Assembly (NCBI GenBank): GCA_964019335.1
Contig: OZ025735.1
Coordinates: 345,586 to 409,585, forward strand
From: Diplonema japonicum
Taxonomy: Eukaryota; Protista; Euglenozoa: Diplonemea
Length of the DNA: 64,000 bases
Reading direction: 5' to 3'
Under the pieces are notes generated by a model that saw only the letters and a list, made by a program, of their open reading frames with translations, was not told the DNA's origin and ran no database searches. Below are positions 24,917-35,337 of this stretch, in pieces (position 1 is the stretch's first letter; every line of letters begins with the position of its first letter). The position numbers were made by a program, and so were the translations under genes.

Positions 24917-25927
24917 ATGGAGGCTCACACAGCGTTAACAGAGTTTCTCATAAACGGGAAAACACACTTTGTATACCAGAAGCTCGACCGGGAAAAAGTG
25001 GAGATCCTTCTCATCAACGACGACCTGAGCTGCTACAGAGGGGTTGCGGCGGTGGCCACCATAAAACCAGAAGGGTTTAGAAAGGGCGCTTACATCGAGA
25101 TTTTGAAGAACGCTTTGAAGGTGCAGGACAGCTCGGGGGAGAGCTTCAGCTACGAGATCAAAGAAGGCAAGCGCGACACGCTCAAGTTCAGCGTGCTGTT
25201 CAAGGTCCAGGACGGGCACATCTTCGTCAAGGGCGCAGAGTTCATCCTAAAACTCGTCACGGATAAATCAGCAGCGATAACAGAATTTTTGAGAAAACTC
25301 GCCATATTATCAGGTGGGGCCTCGGCAGCCATGTCGGAGGTCAAAACGTTGAAGCACGACAGGGAGCGGTTCAGAGCGCTGACAGACGAAGCCGCGCAAC
25401 AGCGGTTAAAAAGCGAAGAATCGATGTTGACAGGAATGGTGTGGGTGCTGAATGAGAAGAAAAGCAAGCTGAAGGAATTCGCCGACGATATCGAAGCCGT
25501 TGAGCGGGACAAGAAGCTGTTAGAATCGATTGTGGAAAACAAAGACAAAAAGATGGAGAAAATGGAGGCAGAGGTATCACAGCTCAAAGCCGAGCTCAGC
25601 AAGACGAGAATAAAGCTTAACGTAGCGCTGATGGCGGATCCTGTGAGCGTGAACAAAACCGCAGCCGGTACCAAACGAACGTACGATGAGTCGGCAGACT
25701 CATATCCAGACTTCACCACCATCGCAGCCGTTGCATCGCCTGATGTGAAAAAACAGCTTTTTGCGTCCCCAGTCCGGCAGGTGGGCAGGCAGACTTCTGA
25801 CGTGTCCCGGACCTCCGTCGGCTCCCGCGTGCACTCCACCAAGAAGCCCCGTCGGTCTGATGGTTCGAATGACGAGACCCGCAACGACGGCCTTATTACA
25901 GTACACGATTTGCTGGATTCTGATTGA
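24917..25927 (+). CDS. XRCC4: DNA repair protein XRCC4
   Basis: Globular head followed by coiled coil with KSEESMLTGMVWVLNEKKSKLKE, the XRCC4 ligase IV-binding VLNEKK motif; ATG follows a pyrimidine tract and TAG acceptor. Confidence 0.8.
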   Translation: MEAHTALTEFLINGKTHFVYQKLDREKVEILLINDDLSCYRGVAAVATIKPEGFRKGAYIEILKNALKVQDSSGESFSYEIKEGKRDTLKFSVLFKVQDGHIFVKGAEFILKLVTDKSAAITEFLRKLAILSGGASAAMSEVKTLKHDRERFRALTDEAAQQRLKSEESMLTGMVWVLNEKKSKLKEFADDIEAVERDKKLLESIVENKDKKMEKMEAEVSQLKAELSKTRIKLNVALMADPVSVNKTAAGTKRTYDESADSYPDFTTIAAVASPDVKKQLFASPVRQVGRQTSDVSRTSVGSRVHSTKKPRRSDGSNDETRNDGLITVHDLLDSD

Positions 25928-26165
25928 AAAAAAAAAAAAAAGAAAAAAGGCTTTATCCCCCCTCTTTCATGCACATTACACACTTCCCCTCTCGGTTAGA
26001 CTTTTTTTTTTTTTTATTGAATACCCAATCTCTTCGTTTTATCTTAAGGAGAAAGGGGAAAACAAAACCAAGAAAAAAAAAAAAAAAGCCGGAGGGAGTG
26101 TAGTCTTTCCCCTCCTCCCTCTTTCTTCATCGCCAGAAAGAAAATATAATACAGGAGGGAAGGGG

Positions 26166-26193
<28 letters not shown>

Positions 26194-26197
<4 letters not shown>

Positions 26198-27657
26198 AAG
26201 TACATAAACCGCGAACCGGTCGGGGCTACTCGAGTAAGAAAAACAACAAAAAACCGTCAGTATGCTTGTTGTTCATAATGCCGAATGAGGTGGTGACCGC
26301 GTGTGTGGAGTTTCTCTCGGATAAAGAAGTGCTTGGGGTCGAACTGGCGTGCAAGAAAATGAAACAATTCGTGGAGGTCTACCGCATATGGGAAACAATG
26401 TTCAAACAGAAGAAATGGCGCGCCCCTGTATCACCGCCGGACAGCTGGAAGCAGTACTACCACACCGTCATGAAACAGAGGGAAGTCGCGATAAAGGAGA
26501 AGATCAACAACGTCTCCTGCACGCTGTGCTGGAGGGTCGACTTCCCAATCGCAAAAGAACCGTTCAAAAAACGATCCAGAGAATTCGAATTCTCACATGA
26601 CGCTCTGGGAAGCCCTATAAAATGGCAGATTGAATCTGAATTGAAACAAACAGTCTCTTACGAACAAGCTGCAATACGGATCTGGACGACAAACAGCTGG
26701 ACACCCGAAACTACAGATCACTATTACGGGTCGCATTGCACTGTGTCCGTTCGAGACTGCCACGACAAGGAGGACCTGCTTCAGGAAACGACGATTGACA
26801 TCGACAACAGCAAAGACTTACGGTTCGACGCCGTTCTTCTACCGGAAAACCGGGAGCTTCTGTTGAAGGTGAACCTCACCCTTGCCCTTGAAGTCGCTGT
26901 TCCATTGGAACCCTTCTACACACTAATATCACATGAACCCTCCGACTCCGTTCGTATCGGCTACTGCAGAGCAATATTCGAAATCGCAAGATGCAAACGA
27001 AAGCACGGAAGTACGTTTATCCAACAGTGCGACAGCAACGTGGGTATCCTAGTCAATCTGGCAGCTAGCAACGATACATCAAATAAATTGAAGGTTTGGA
27101 AGAAGAAAAAAAAAAAAAAAAAAAAATTGTAGGCTGAGGTTTTCCAAGCGTTGTTCAACTTATTGTCGCCTTCGAGTGTGTTCATTCCCGATGAGCTGGC
27201 GGGGGGGTTGATGAACACGTGTATTGATGTTATAACAGAGGCAGCGCTTCCTGCTGTTGAGGAGCGTGAGGCGTTGCATTTAAGCGTGGTGCTGGCGCAG
27301 AATGCGTTGGGGAGTGCGTTTAACCTTTTGGTGCACCCTGTGTCGAAAAAGCTCCTCACCGCTCCCGTTCTCCGCCAAATGGAGAAGCTTCTCTCCTGTC
27401 CCGCGTACAAACTTTGTAACTTTAGCGTTATCACGGTGGTCCTTACTGCCGTGCACTGGGGTACCCTGCCTGCTTCGCACGCTGACGATGTCGTGGCTCA
27501 TTACATGGCAGCGAACAACCCCCTCGATCCTGACTGCACGGGGGTGGCTTGGGACGAGTCTGATATTGCAGCGTACTTCCTTCCCTTGCTGCGGTCCAAA
27601 AACCTGACTTGCGTTGTATTTGCCACGTGGTGCATTACGGCATTTTATCATGATTGA
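26194..27657 (+). CDS. F-box protein with C-terminal ARM-like helices; intron 27094-27132
   Basis: MPNEVVTACVEFLSDKEVLGVELACKKM...W is F-box-like; splicing joins NKLK|AEVFQALFNLL. Confidence 0.78.
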
Positions 27658-28899
27658 GGGAGGGGGGGGGGGGGGGATTTCTTTTTCTTTTTTTCTTCCC
27701 ATATGAGCTCGTCCGGATTTTAAAAAAAAAAAAAAAAAAAAGAAAGAAAGAAAATGTCAATATTTCTTTTTTTTGAACTTTTTATGTTGACCATTCCAAA
27801 GGGCGCAACGGAGAAGCAGATGTAGTACTGCAAAAAGACACCGGTGGAAAAAAAAAAAAAGGAAAAAAAAAAAAAAGGCGTTTGTTTTACCATTGGGGGG
27901 GGTTTTTTTTTTATTTGTCCCCCCCGTTTTATGTTTCCCGTCAGAAGACAAAATGGGGGGTGGAGTGGGGGAGGAAACAAAGATGGGGGAGTTTTTTTTT
28001 TTACCCCCCTTTTTTTTTCGGTACTGTATTTTATTTCAGAAAATGAATAAGAACAAAAGCAAAAAAAAAGAAAGAAAAAAAAAAAAAGAAAAAAAGCGAA
28101 ACAAACAAACAAAATGAAAAGAAACACAAGCATTTACACAACATGGGTGAGGTACTTTTTCTTTTTTTTTTGTTCCCCCCCTCAAATTCTTCTTTTTTTG
28201 AGATGATGAGAACAAGGAGGGCGTCTTACAAAGACCTCCTTTAACTCACTTTCTCTTTTTCTTTTTCTTTTCTGTATCACTTCATCTTTATATCTTTATG
28301 GAGAAGAGTGAAAAAGAATGTGGAGGAACGAAGAAAATAGCTATGTATTCACAACAAAATAATGAATTTTCTGTCACTCGAGTGAAATAAAAAAAGTTTT
28401 TTTTTTTTTTCCCCCAGAGAGTGACAGAATATCCATTAGTTGGTTTTCGTCGCTCCTCAGATTTTACTTCATGCAGATATCCCTGGGAAAGAGGTCACAT
28501 TTTGGCTCCAAATAAGGCCTCCCCCACCCCACCCAATCACCAATGAAGTAAAATTGAGAGGAGTGTAATTTTTTTTTTTATGCTCCCACCCATTTTTTTT
28601 TGTACGATATTTTTTATTTTTATACCACCAACTCCCCCTCCCCCATCCGGCAAGCCCCTCCACTTTTCCGACAGACCTTTTGTATCCTACCGTATTTGTG
28701 TTATACCGCCCTAACCTTATCACCCCTTGACTTGGTTTCTCCTTCTCCCCCCCCCCCCCCCCTTTCCTCTCTGCGGCCCTTCACCGCCCCCCTCTGATTT
28801 CTATCTTGTGATTAGAGAGGCGAAAAATGCATTCCCCCCCCCCCCCCCCCTCCATGTTGTTGCAACTAAATAAAAAGGCAAAAAAAAGAAAAGGAATTG

Positions 28900-29546
28900 A
28901 TGGAAGTTCCCAGCTGGGCTGTAACGGCATTGGTTGGCTCTTGTTTCCTGTACAGGTATATGAAAGAGCAGAGGAAGCGAAAGGGTGTGGTTGCAAAGGA
29001 TATTACTGAGAAGGCAAAGAAGCGGGCGAGAGAGGCGGCGAAGCTGGTGAAACAATCAAAAGAAGAGGAAGAAGAAGAAAAAGAAGAAGAAGAAGAGGAG
29101 GAAGAAGAAGATTCAGAGGATTCCTTCGAAGAAATGAAAATGGTTCTTGTAGTGAGGAAAGACCTGAAGATGGGGACGGGGAAGATGTGCGCACAATGCT
29201 GCCATGCCACTTTGGGTGTTGTGGAGCGTATTTACACAACCACCAATAATGACACATGGATGTCATGGTATGTCACGTTCAAAGGAAGAGGAAAAAAAAG
29301 AAGAAAAAAATCAACAGGTACCGGACCTGGTCCCGTCGAGGGTGCACCAAAATCGCTGTGAAGGCGAACTCCGAGAAGGACCTAGTGGACGTTCAATCTA
29401 AGGCCCGTGCGTTGAACGTCCCCACCTATCTTGTCCGAGATGCTGGCCGAACTCAAATTGAGGCTGGCAGTAAAACTGTTATATCCGTGGGCCCCGCCCC
29501 CATCAGCAAGGTCGATGAGCTGTGCTCCCACTTTAAGCTGTTGTGA
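28900..29546 (+). CDS. PTH2: peptidyl-tRNA hydrolase 2 (Bit1); intron 29268-29317
   Basis: N-terminal TM segment, KMVLVVRKDLKMGTGKMCAQCCHA, KIAVK, DAGRTQIEAGSKTV..VGP. Confidence 0.95.
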
Positions 29547-29932
29547 TATATATATTTTTTTTTGTTTCTCTATTTTTTACCCCTTTTTTCCTTTTTTTTT
29601 TTTTTTTTCGTTAGTTAGCGCGCAACAAAAAAGAAAAAAAAAAAAAAACGCTGCCGAACACGATTTTTTTTTTTCAAATGACTAGTGTGCAATATGAAGG
29701 GGGAAAGAAGTGTTTTTATGTGACTTTGCTGGCTCCATGTTCTTTTTTTTTTTTTGCTCCTTTTTTTTTAAGTGGGGGGGATCGTTGCGTACATACATCC
29801 CTCTCTCCCCCCCCCCCCCCCCCCCGTCCATAGTGAATCTTTTTCGAAGAAAATTGAAAGGCTCTTTTTACAAAGGAAAATGAGAGATACACAGTTACTT
29901 CACACCCACCCAAACCCAACCCAACCCACCAT

Positions 29933-30874
29933 ATGCAGACCTTGGCACAAGAGCTACGGGACGTCAACATTGAAGTAACTGACAGCGATGAAGAGGCTGT
30001 GATGAAGGTGTACTGCGACCTTCAAAAAGGGAAAGGGTACTTGGGGAAGTTCGGAATGCTTCAGAAACTGGACATAGTGAGGGAAAAGAAAACGGCAGTG
30101 AAGCGGACAGGGAAGGCGAGGCCAAAACCAATAATGAAGAAGCATCTCGAAGAAGTAAATGAGCGCCTTTACTACGACAGGACAATAAGGGACAAGCACA
30201 ACCTAGCCGCTGTGTGCTCCAGACGCATCAGGCACATGTTCACAGGAAGCGTCTCACTGCTCATGGTCACCTGTACGCTGTGTGTCGCAGTACTTGGGTC
30301 AGAAGACCATCACGCAGAAGGCCTCGTCTTGCGGTACAAGTCCTGCCTCAGGGGGATGGAGTACATGCTAGTAAAACAACTTGGCATCTGTGCCCATGGT
30401 GCAGATGGTCCCGTTCTTCTTCGTGCAGCTCTATCCTCCACCGAATTCATCGACAAGGTAGTGAGGCGAAAGGAACTTCGGTTTTTACTGTCGCTCGTAA
30501 TGCGGAACCGAGCGGTCTTGCGGGAGGCCCACGCTAGGGCACTGATAACCTCGCGTCTCTTTCTGTTCCTCACGTCGAAGAGCATTTACCTCGCACGGTG
30601 TGCAGCACGGCTTCTTGTAACATGCCTCACGGACCACCCCTCGCTCCTCTCCTCTGTACCCGTCCTTCTCATTTCTACAGTTTATGGCGCCCTTGCCTTC
30701 CCTAAGACCGCCCCCATCGTTCACCAACTAGCCTCCATTCTCGTCAAGCACCCGAGTGGCCGTGTCCTCCTCGAGCACTCCCGCGTGGCCACTGCCCGCC
30801 CCTCGACCTCCGCTAACTTAATTCTTAACAAACCACTGGCTGCTCCGGCTTCCGCTGGTGGCAATGATTTTTAA
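29933..30874 (+). CDS. hypothetical alpha-helical (ARM-like) protein
   Basis: 313-aa ORF, Leu-rich helical pattern, coding composition. Confidence 0.7.
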   Translation: MQTLAQELRDVNIEVTDSDEEAVMKVYCDLQKGKGYLGKFGMLQKLDIVREKKTAVKRTGKARPKPIMKKHLEEVNERLYYDRTIRDKHNLAAVCSRRIRHMFTGSVSLLMVTCTLCVAVLGSEDHHAEGLVLRYKSCLRGMEYMLVKQLGICAHGADGPVLLRAALSSTEFIDKVVRRKELRFLLSLVMRNRAVLREAHARALITSRLFLFLTSKSIYLARCAARLLVTCLTDHPSLLSSVPVLLISTVYGALAFPKTAPIVHQLASILVKHPSGRVLLEHSRVATARPSTSANLILNKPLAAPASAGGNDF

Positions 30875-30925
30875 CACCTCACTGCTTGTGCTGCGTGCCA
30901 TCTTCAAAAAAGGGCCTTTGGAGAC

Positions 30926-31747
30926 ATGGCGCGGAGAAGGTACACTCTGACCTCCCTGCAGATGTCGGCCATGCGGCATGAAACACTGCTGAGGAATCTG
31001 GGTGTCTTCCAGGAGGCGAGGGAGAGGTTGACAGTCCTGGATGAGTATCACGGCCGGCTGAGGGTGCTGAATGACAGCGGCTTGGGGCTGGTGGTGGTCC
31101 GGAGGAGGCTGCGAAAAACGAACCTCCCCATCATTCCGATGAACGTTCTGTTGGTGCACATACAAATCTTGGAAGACGAACAGCGGCTGAACGTGAAAAG
31201 CACAGCTTACAGCGAGAAGGCAACCCTGGTGGTGGCGTGGCAGCAGGAGATACGGTGCGGCATACACAACCAGCAGTGTGATACGTGGAGTGTGCTGAGT
31301 GCTGAATTGTCGCAGGTGTGGTCCATGTTATACCACGAGGAGGATATGCGTGTAGGCATCGAAACAGCTGAGATCACGGAACGAAAGGTCATACAATCCA
31401 TCTGCAGGCGCATCCAACTCCGACCGTCTGCAAAGCTTGCAGCCGCTGGGCTTGGTACCCGTGCCGATCTGCTCCTCTTCACACGGTACTTCCACTTTCT
31501 ACTCACACGGCACCGCGATATCAAAAGCTGGGAGCAGCATCGTGCGTCGGAACGCAGGAAACAGTTTTACTCAGAGGACACGCGCAGGCGGCTTGTTCTG
31601 AACAAGGAAGCCTGTCGCAGGGTGATCCTTTTGAACTGCTGCAAACACGAAGTCGCTGGCATCTTAGTTGCTGAAGAGATGAAAGTGCGCAAAAAAAGGG
31701 GGTCCATTCATCGTCGGAGGTTGAGCGCGAAATCGTGCAAAGTGTAG
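30926..31747 (+). CDS. hypothetical coiled-coil protein
   Basis: 273-aa ORF with repeated E..R..I/L pattern. Confidence 0.65.
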   Translation: MARRRYTLTSLQMSAMRHETLLRNLGVFQEARERLTVLDEYHGRLRVLNDSGLGLVVVRRRLRKTNLPIIPMNVLLVHIQILEDEQRLNVKSTAYSEKATLVVAWQQEIRCGIHNQQCDTWSVLSAELSQVWSMLYHEEDMRVGIETAEITERKVIQSICRRIQLRPSAKLAAAGLGTRADLLLFTRYFHFLLTRHRDIKSWEQHRASERRKQFYSEDTRRRLVLNKEACRRVILLNCCKHEVAGILVAEEMKVRKKRGSIHRRRLSAKSCKV

Positions 31748-31867
31748 ACGCCCTTTGCTTCCGCAGAGGAGTTCCGTCTGCTCTAGTTTCAATTTTCTGT
31801 TCTTCTTTGTACACCGCCACTATTACCCTCCTCACAGGTATGGTCACGTTGGTCCATTGAGCGCACG

Positions 31868-34572
31868 ATGGACAGCGACGGGGCCGTATCGACAGACTAT
31901 GATGTGACCGAGGACTCCATCGGCAGCGACACAAATTCCATCACAGCCAGCCGCCCGTCATCATCGATAACAGCATCTTCCGTAGTGGACGAGACGCTGA
32001 ACAGAAAGAAAAGCAGAGGCCACCGCCGTGCACACGCAAGGGAGGCTGACCAGTACCTCTCTCAATGGAAGCTGCGTGAGGCGCTCAGTGAAGCGATGGA
32101 AGCCGTGCTGCTGAACAAGCCTGGCGACCCGTACAGGTTCCTCAGCGAGAGGTTCTCCGACATTTCGGAAGGTGAGACACGCAAGCAACAGCAGTTGCAG
32201 TCGCCCGAGTCGTTGGACGAGATCGTGCCTGACTGGCTGCTCAGCACAGAGCCCCCTCAAGCTCAAGTTAAGAAGTTAGGGAGGAAAAGGTCCGCACCTC
32301 CAGAGGACCTTGCGTCGGTACTGTCAAGAAGCAGCAGCAGGTGCTCGCTCCTCTCACGAAGCTCTCGCACAAAAAGGCTTCAGCCGACAGAAGTGCCCAG
32401 CTTGCCTAGTACCGACGAATCGCTGTCAAAGCTCGTGTCGACAGCCTTGGCACTGTCCTCGTCCATCGTGAACAGCGCAGACCTCATCAACGTGATAGCG
32501 GTATGTTTCCCCCCACATTATCCACTTTTTTGCAGAATGAGCTCCAGACACTGCTCGCTGCCGACCGCTGTGCTATGTTCATACGCAACGAAAACTCGTT
32601 TCTGGTTTCGCCTGACCAGGACAAGACGATCCGGCAGGGCGAAGGCCTCACCGGGAAGTGCGCCGAGAAGAAGGCGCTCCTCATAGGGAACGCGAGGAGC
32701 AAACTGTACTCCGAACAAGCTGACGCGGTATGGCTTGTTCCCCGCCCCCTTTTTTTTAGACCCACTCAACAGGGAACGGACAGCTCCGCAATCCTGTGCG
32801 CACCTATCATCTGTGATGACGAGGTGTTGGCAGTGGTGCAGTTGCACAAGGCGAAGGGGAAGTTTAGCGAGACTGAAGTGCTTGTGTGCACCACGGTCCT
32901 TGCATTTGCAGGTGTATCGCTAAGAACTGCAGAGCTGTATCATTCGCAGAGGTCGCTTGCAATGAAGTGCACGTTCCAGATGGACATCGTGAGCAGGCTG
33001 GGTGGGATGGACATGAAGAGCTGGAAGGAAGTAGTGGGGGGCGTGTCGAAGGCGGCCTGTGAGATACTCAGCGCAGAGCAGTGTGTCCTCTTTACAAGTG
33101 ACCCAGCCTCCGGTGAGCTTGTTGCGCTGCTTGAAAGCGGCACCGAAGAGCGTATCAGTGAACTAGACGGCATCCCGGGCAAGGTGTTCCAGTCCGGCGA
33201 GCCTATTAATCTCCCAAACGCTCGCTCCGACCCTTCCTTTGACCCAGGCCTCGACCACAAGACCGGCATCGCTACGACGTCCCTCCTTGCCATGCCCGTT
33301 CACCACAGGGACGAGGTGGTTGCCGTGGCGCAGGTTTGCAACAAAGCCGACGGCTGTTTCACAAAGGAAGATGAAGAGCTCCTTCAGTTTTTCTCTCATT
33401 TCGCCGGCGCTGCGCTGTACAACAGCAAGCTGTACGACGCCCTTGTGCAGGCGAGGACACACACGCTCAACATCCTCGACAAGCACAGCACTTCAAACCC
33501 GGCACCCGAAGCGCAAGTGGAAAAACACTTGGTAAAGCTGGACGCAAGGGACGTTGCGTTGCTGTCGTCACTGGAGTTCAACGTGCACAGCTACTGGCAC
33601 ACAACAGCGGAGCACGACAAGCTAGTGGGGTTCGCCTTGTCCATCATGCAGTATGCTTAACACGCAACCATTTCACTTCACGTGACAGGAAGCTGCAGGT
33701 ACTGACTTATCTCCAAGCTACGCAGAGGCAGGTGGTAGGATTTCTGTTGGCGGTGCAGCGGAGGTACGCGAAGTTGCCGTGCCACTGCTTCGCATGGGCC
33801 GTCGACGCTCTGCAGGTATACTGCCAACACAACACAACACAACACAAACCCACAGTACCTGTACGTAATACTGAATGAGATGGGCGCTGACAAGATGCTG
33901 GAGTGCAAGGACGTGGTGTCAGTGGTCATGTCTGTCCTGCTGTGTGACATAGGGCACATGGGGCTGAACAATGCGTACCATGGCAGAATGGGAAGCCCAC
34001 TGGGGTGGCTGGGTGAATCAGTGGGGTGCGGGAGTGCATTAGAACTGCACCACTGCCAAGTAGGTATAGAGGTATTGGAGGAAACCGGGATCTTAAAGGG
34101 GCTTGAGAGGGAAGGCGTGGCTTTCATGGTAAAGAACATCATCAGCAACATCATGAGCAGTGACATGGCGCAGCACCAGGGTGTGTTGGAAAGGTTCAAA
34201 GCTGTAGTGGCGTCGGGGTACAACAAGGAGAATTTAGGGCACAGGCTCACACTGTGCAACATGCTGATGAAGGTGGTTGACCTACGGTGCAACACAAGGC
34301 CCTTCACGGTGGCGAGGCTATGTGCGAGGTCACAGAAGTCTGAGCTGGAGTACCAAGGTGACCTTGAAAGGTCATGTGGCTTCACTCCCATCCCTGCCTA
34401 TGACAGGCACCACAAGAAGTACACCCTTGCCTCGTATCAGCTAGCTGAGATTGATCACGTGGGTAGGCCGCTCTTTGAGGCATTCGCCCGATCCCTCCCC
34501 TCCGCTCAGCCCCTTCTCACGGCTCTGGAAGCAAATCGGCGTTCCTGGCAGGCGATTTCTCCCGGGCAGTAG
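31868..34572 (+). CDS. Dpy-30/RIIa-like + GAF-GAF + degenerate class I cyclic nucleotide phosphodiesterase; exons 31868-32500, 32536-32727, 32773-33650, 33689-33815, 33856-34572
   Basis: QYL...L...L..A...VL.NKP.DPY.FL; LLAADRCAMF; DPSFDPGLDHKTG..T.SLLAMP...NK...FTKEDE; PDE remnants DIGHMGLNN, LELHH, SDMAQH, YQGDLE; four introns give an 848-aa frame. Confidence 0.85.
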
Positions 34573-34611
34573 CATATTGCCCTCCCTATCCACTCAGGAA
34601 AAAAAAAATAG

Positions 34612-34745
34612 CTATTTACTGCCAACAAGTAATGACTTTACCGTTACCTCGAGGTTCCGCATTTTACCGTCGAGGGCCCGCAGGGCCCGAGATGGTAAAA
34701 TGCGGAACCTCGAGGTCGGTAAAGCATTACTTGGCGGTAGGTAAG
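34612..34745. repeat. long imperfect inverted repeat (hairpin)
   Basis: Perfect 23-bp core 34646-34668 / 34694-34716 (ACCTCGAGGTTCCGCATTTTACC), with pairing extending both ways through bulges. Confidence 0.92.
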
Positions 34746-34748
34746 TGG

Positions 34749-35337
34749 TTTTATTTCACGACACTCAGAAATTACTTCACCACGAGGGGCACAACGGGGA
34801 CAAGAGAGGGGTTACAAAGGTTACAATACAAGTTGTTTTCCCTCCTTTTGTTGACTAAGAGCTGCCGCTGTCGCTGGCATTGCCACTGTTACCATCTCTA
34901 ATCAGGCCTTCCCATACCTGGCGCGGCCGCTGGCTCCTTTTTTTCTGCTGCTTCGGTATTTTGAAGTCATTTGGGGAGCTTGGGTAAGCTGACTAAGTTA
35001 CCCTTACCCACAGAAGAGTTACCCCCAGAAACTGGGAACAAGGCCTAGCCAAAAGTGGGCAAATTGGGAGGAAAAAGTAGTCCAACTTGGAACTGAGCCG
35101 AGGCAAAAGTTGGCCAATTGAGCTGAACCTGGGGGGAAATAGCAAACTGAGAGGAAAAGGTAGCCCCACTGGGAACCGAACCGAGGCAAAAATTGGCCTA
35201 CCGAGGCATATTATTTAACGGAAACCCCCTATTACTTCACGGAAAACAGGCCATTATTTCACCGTGAAGTAATGAGATTTAGCGTGAAGTAATGGGCCCC
35301 CCAGTGCGTGAAGTAATTTCTGAAGAGTGAAATAAAA
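34749..35337. mobile_element. putative non-autonomous TIR element (MITE-like), ~590 bp
   Basis: Inverted termini TTTTATTTCAC-n-TCAGAAATTACTTCAC (34749-34780 vs 35308-35337), subterminal GTGAAGTAAT repeats, internal 58-nt direct repeat 35059-35116/35142-35199. Confidence 0.6.

Noticed and set aside
28143-28244. Possible tiny spliced ORF or C-box ATGATGA snoRNA
   Set aside because: GAG acceptor is atypical, the product is 16 aa, and there is no nearby D box
35231-35317. Spaced GTGAAGTAAT repeats as a CRISPR-like array
   Set aside because: 10-nt units, irregular short spacers, eukaryotic context, no cas genes
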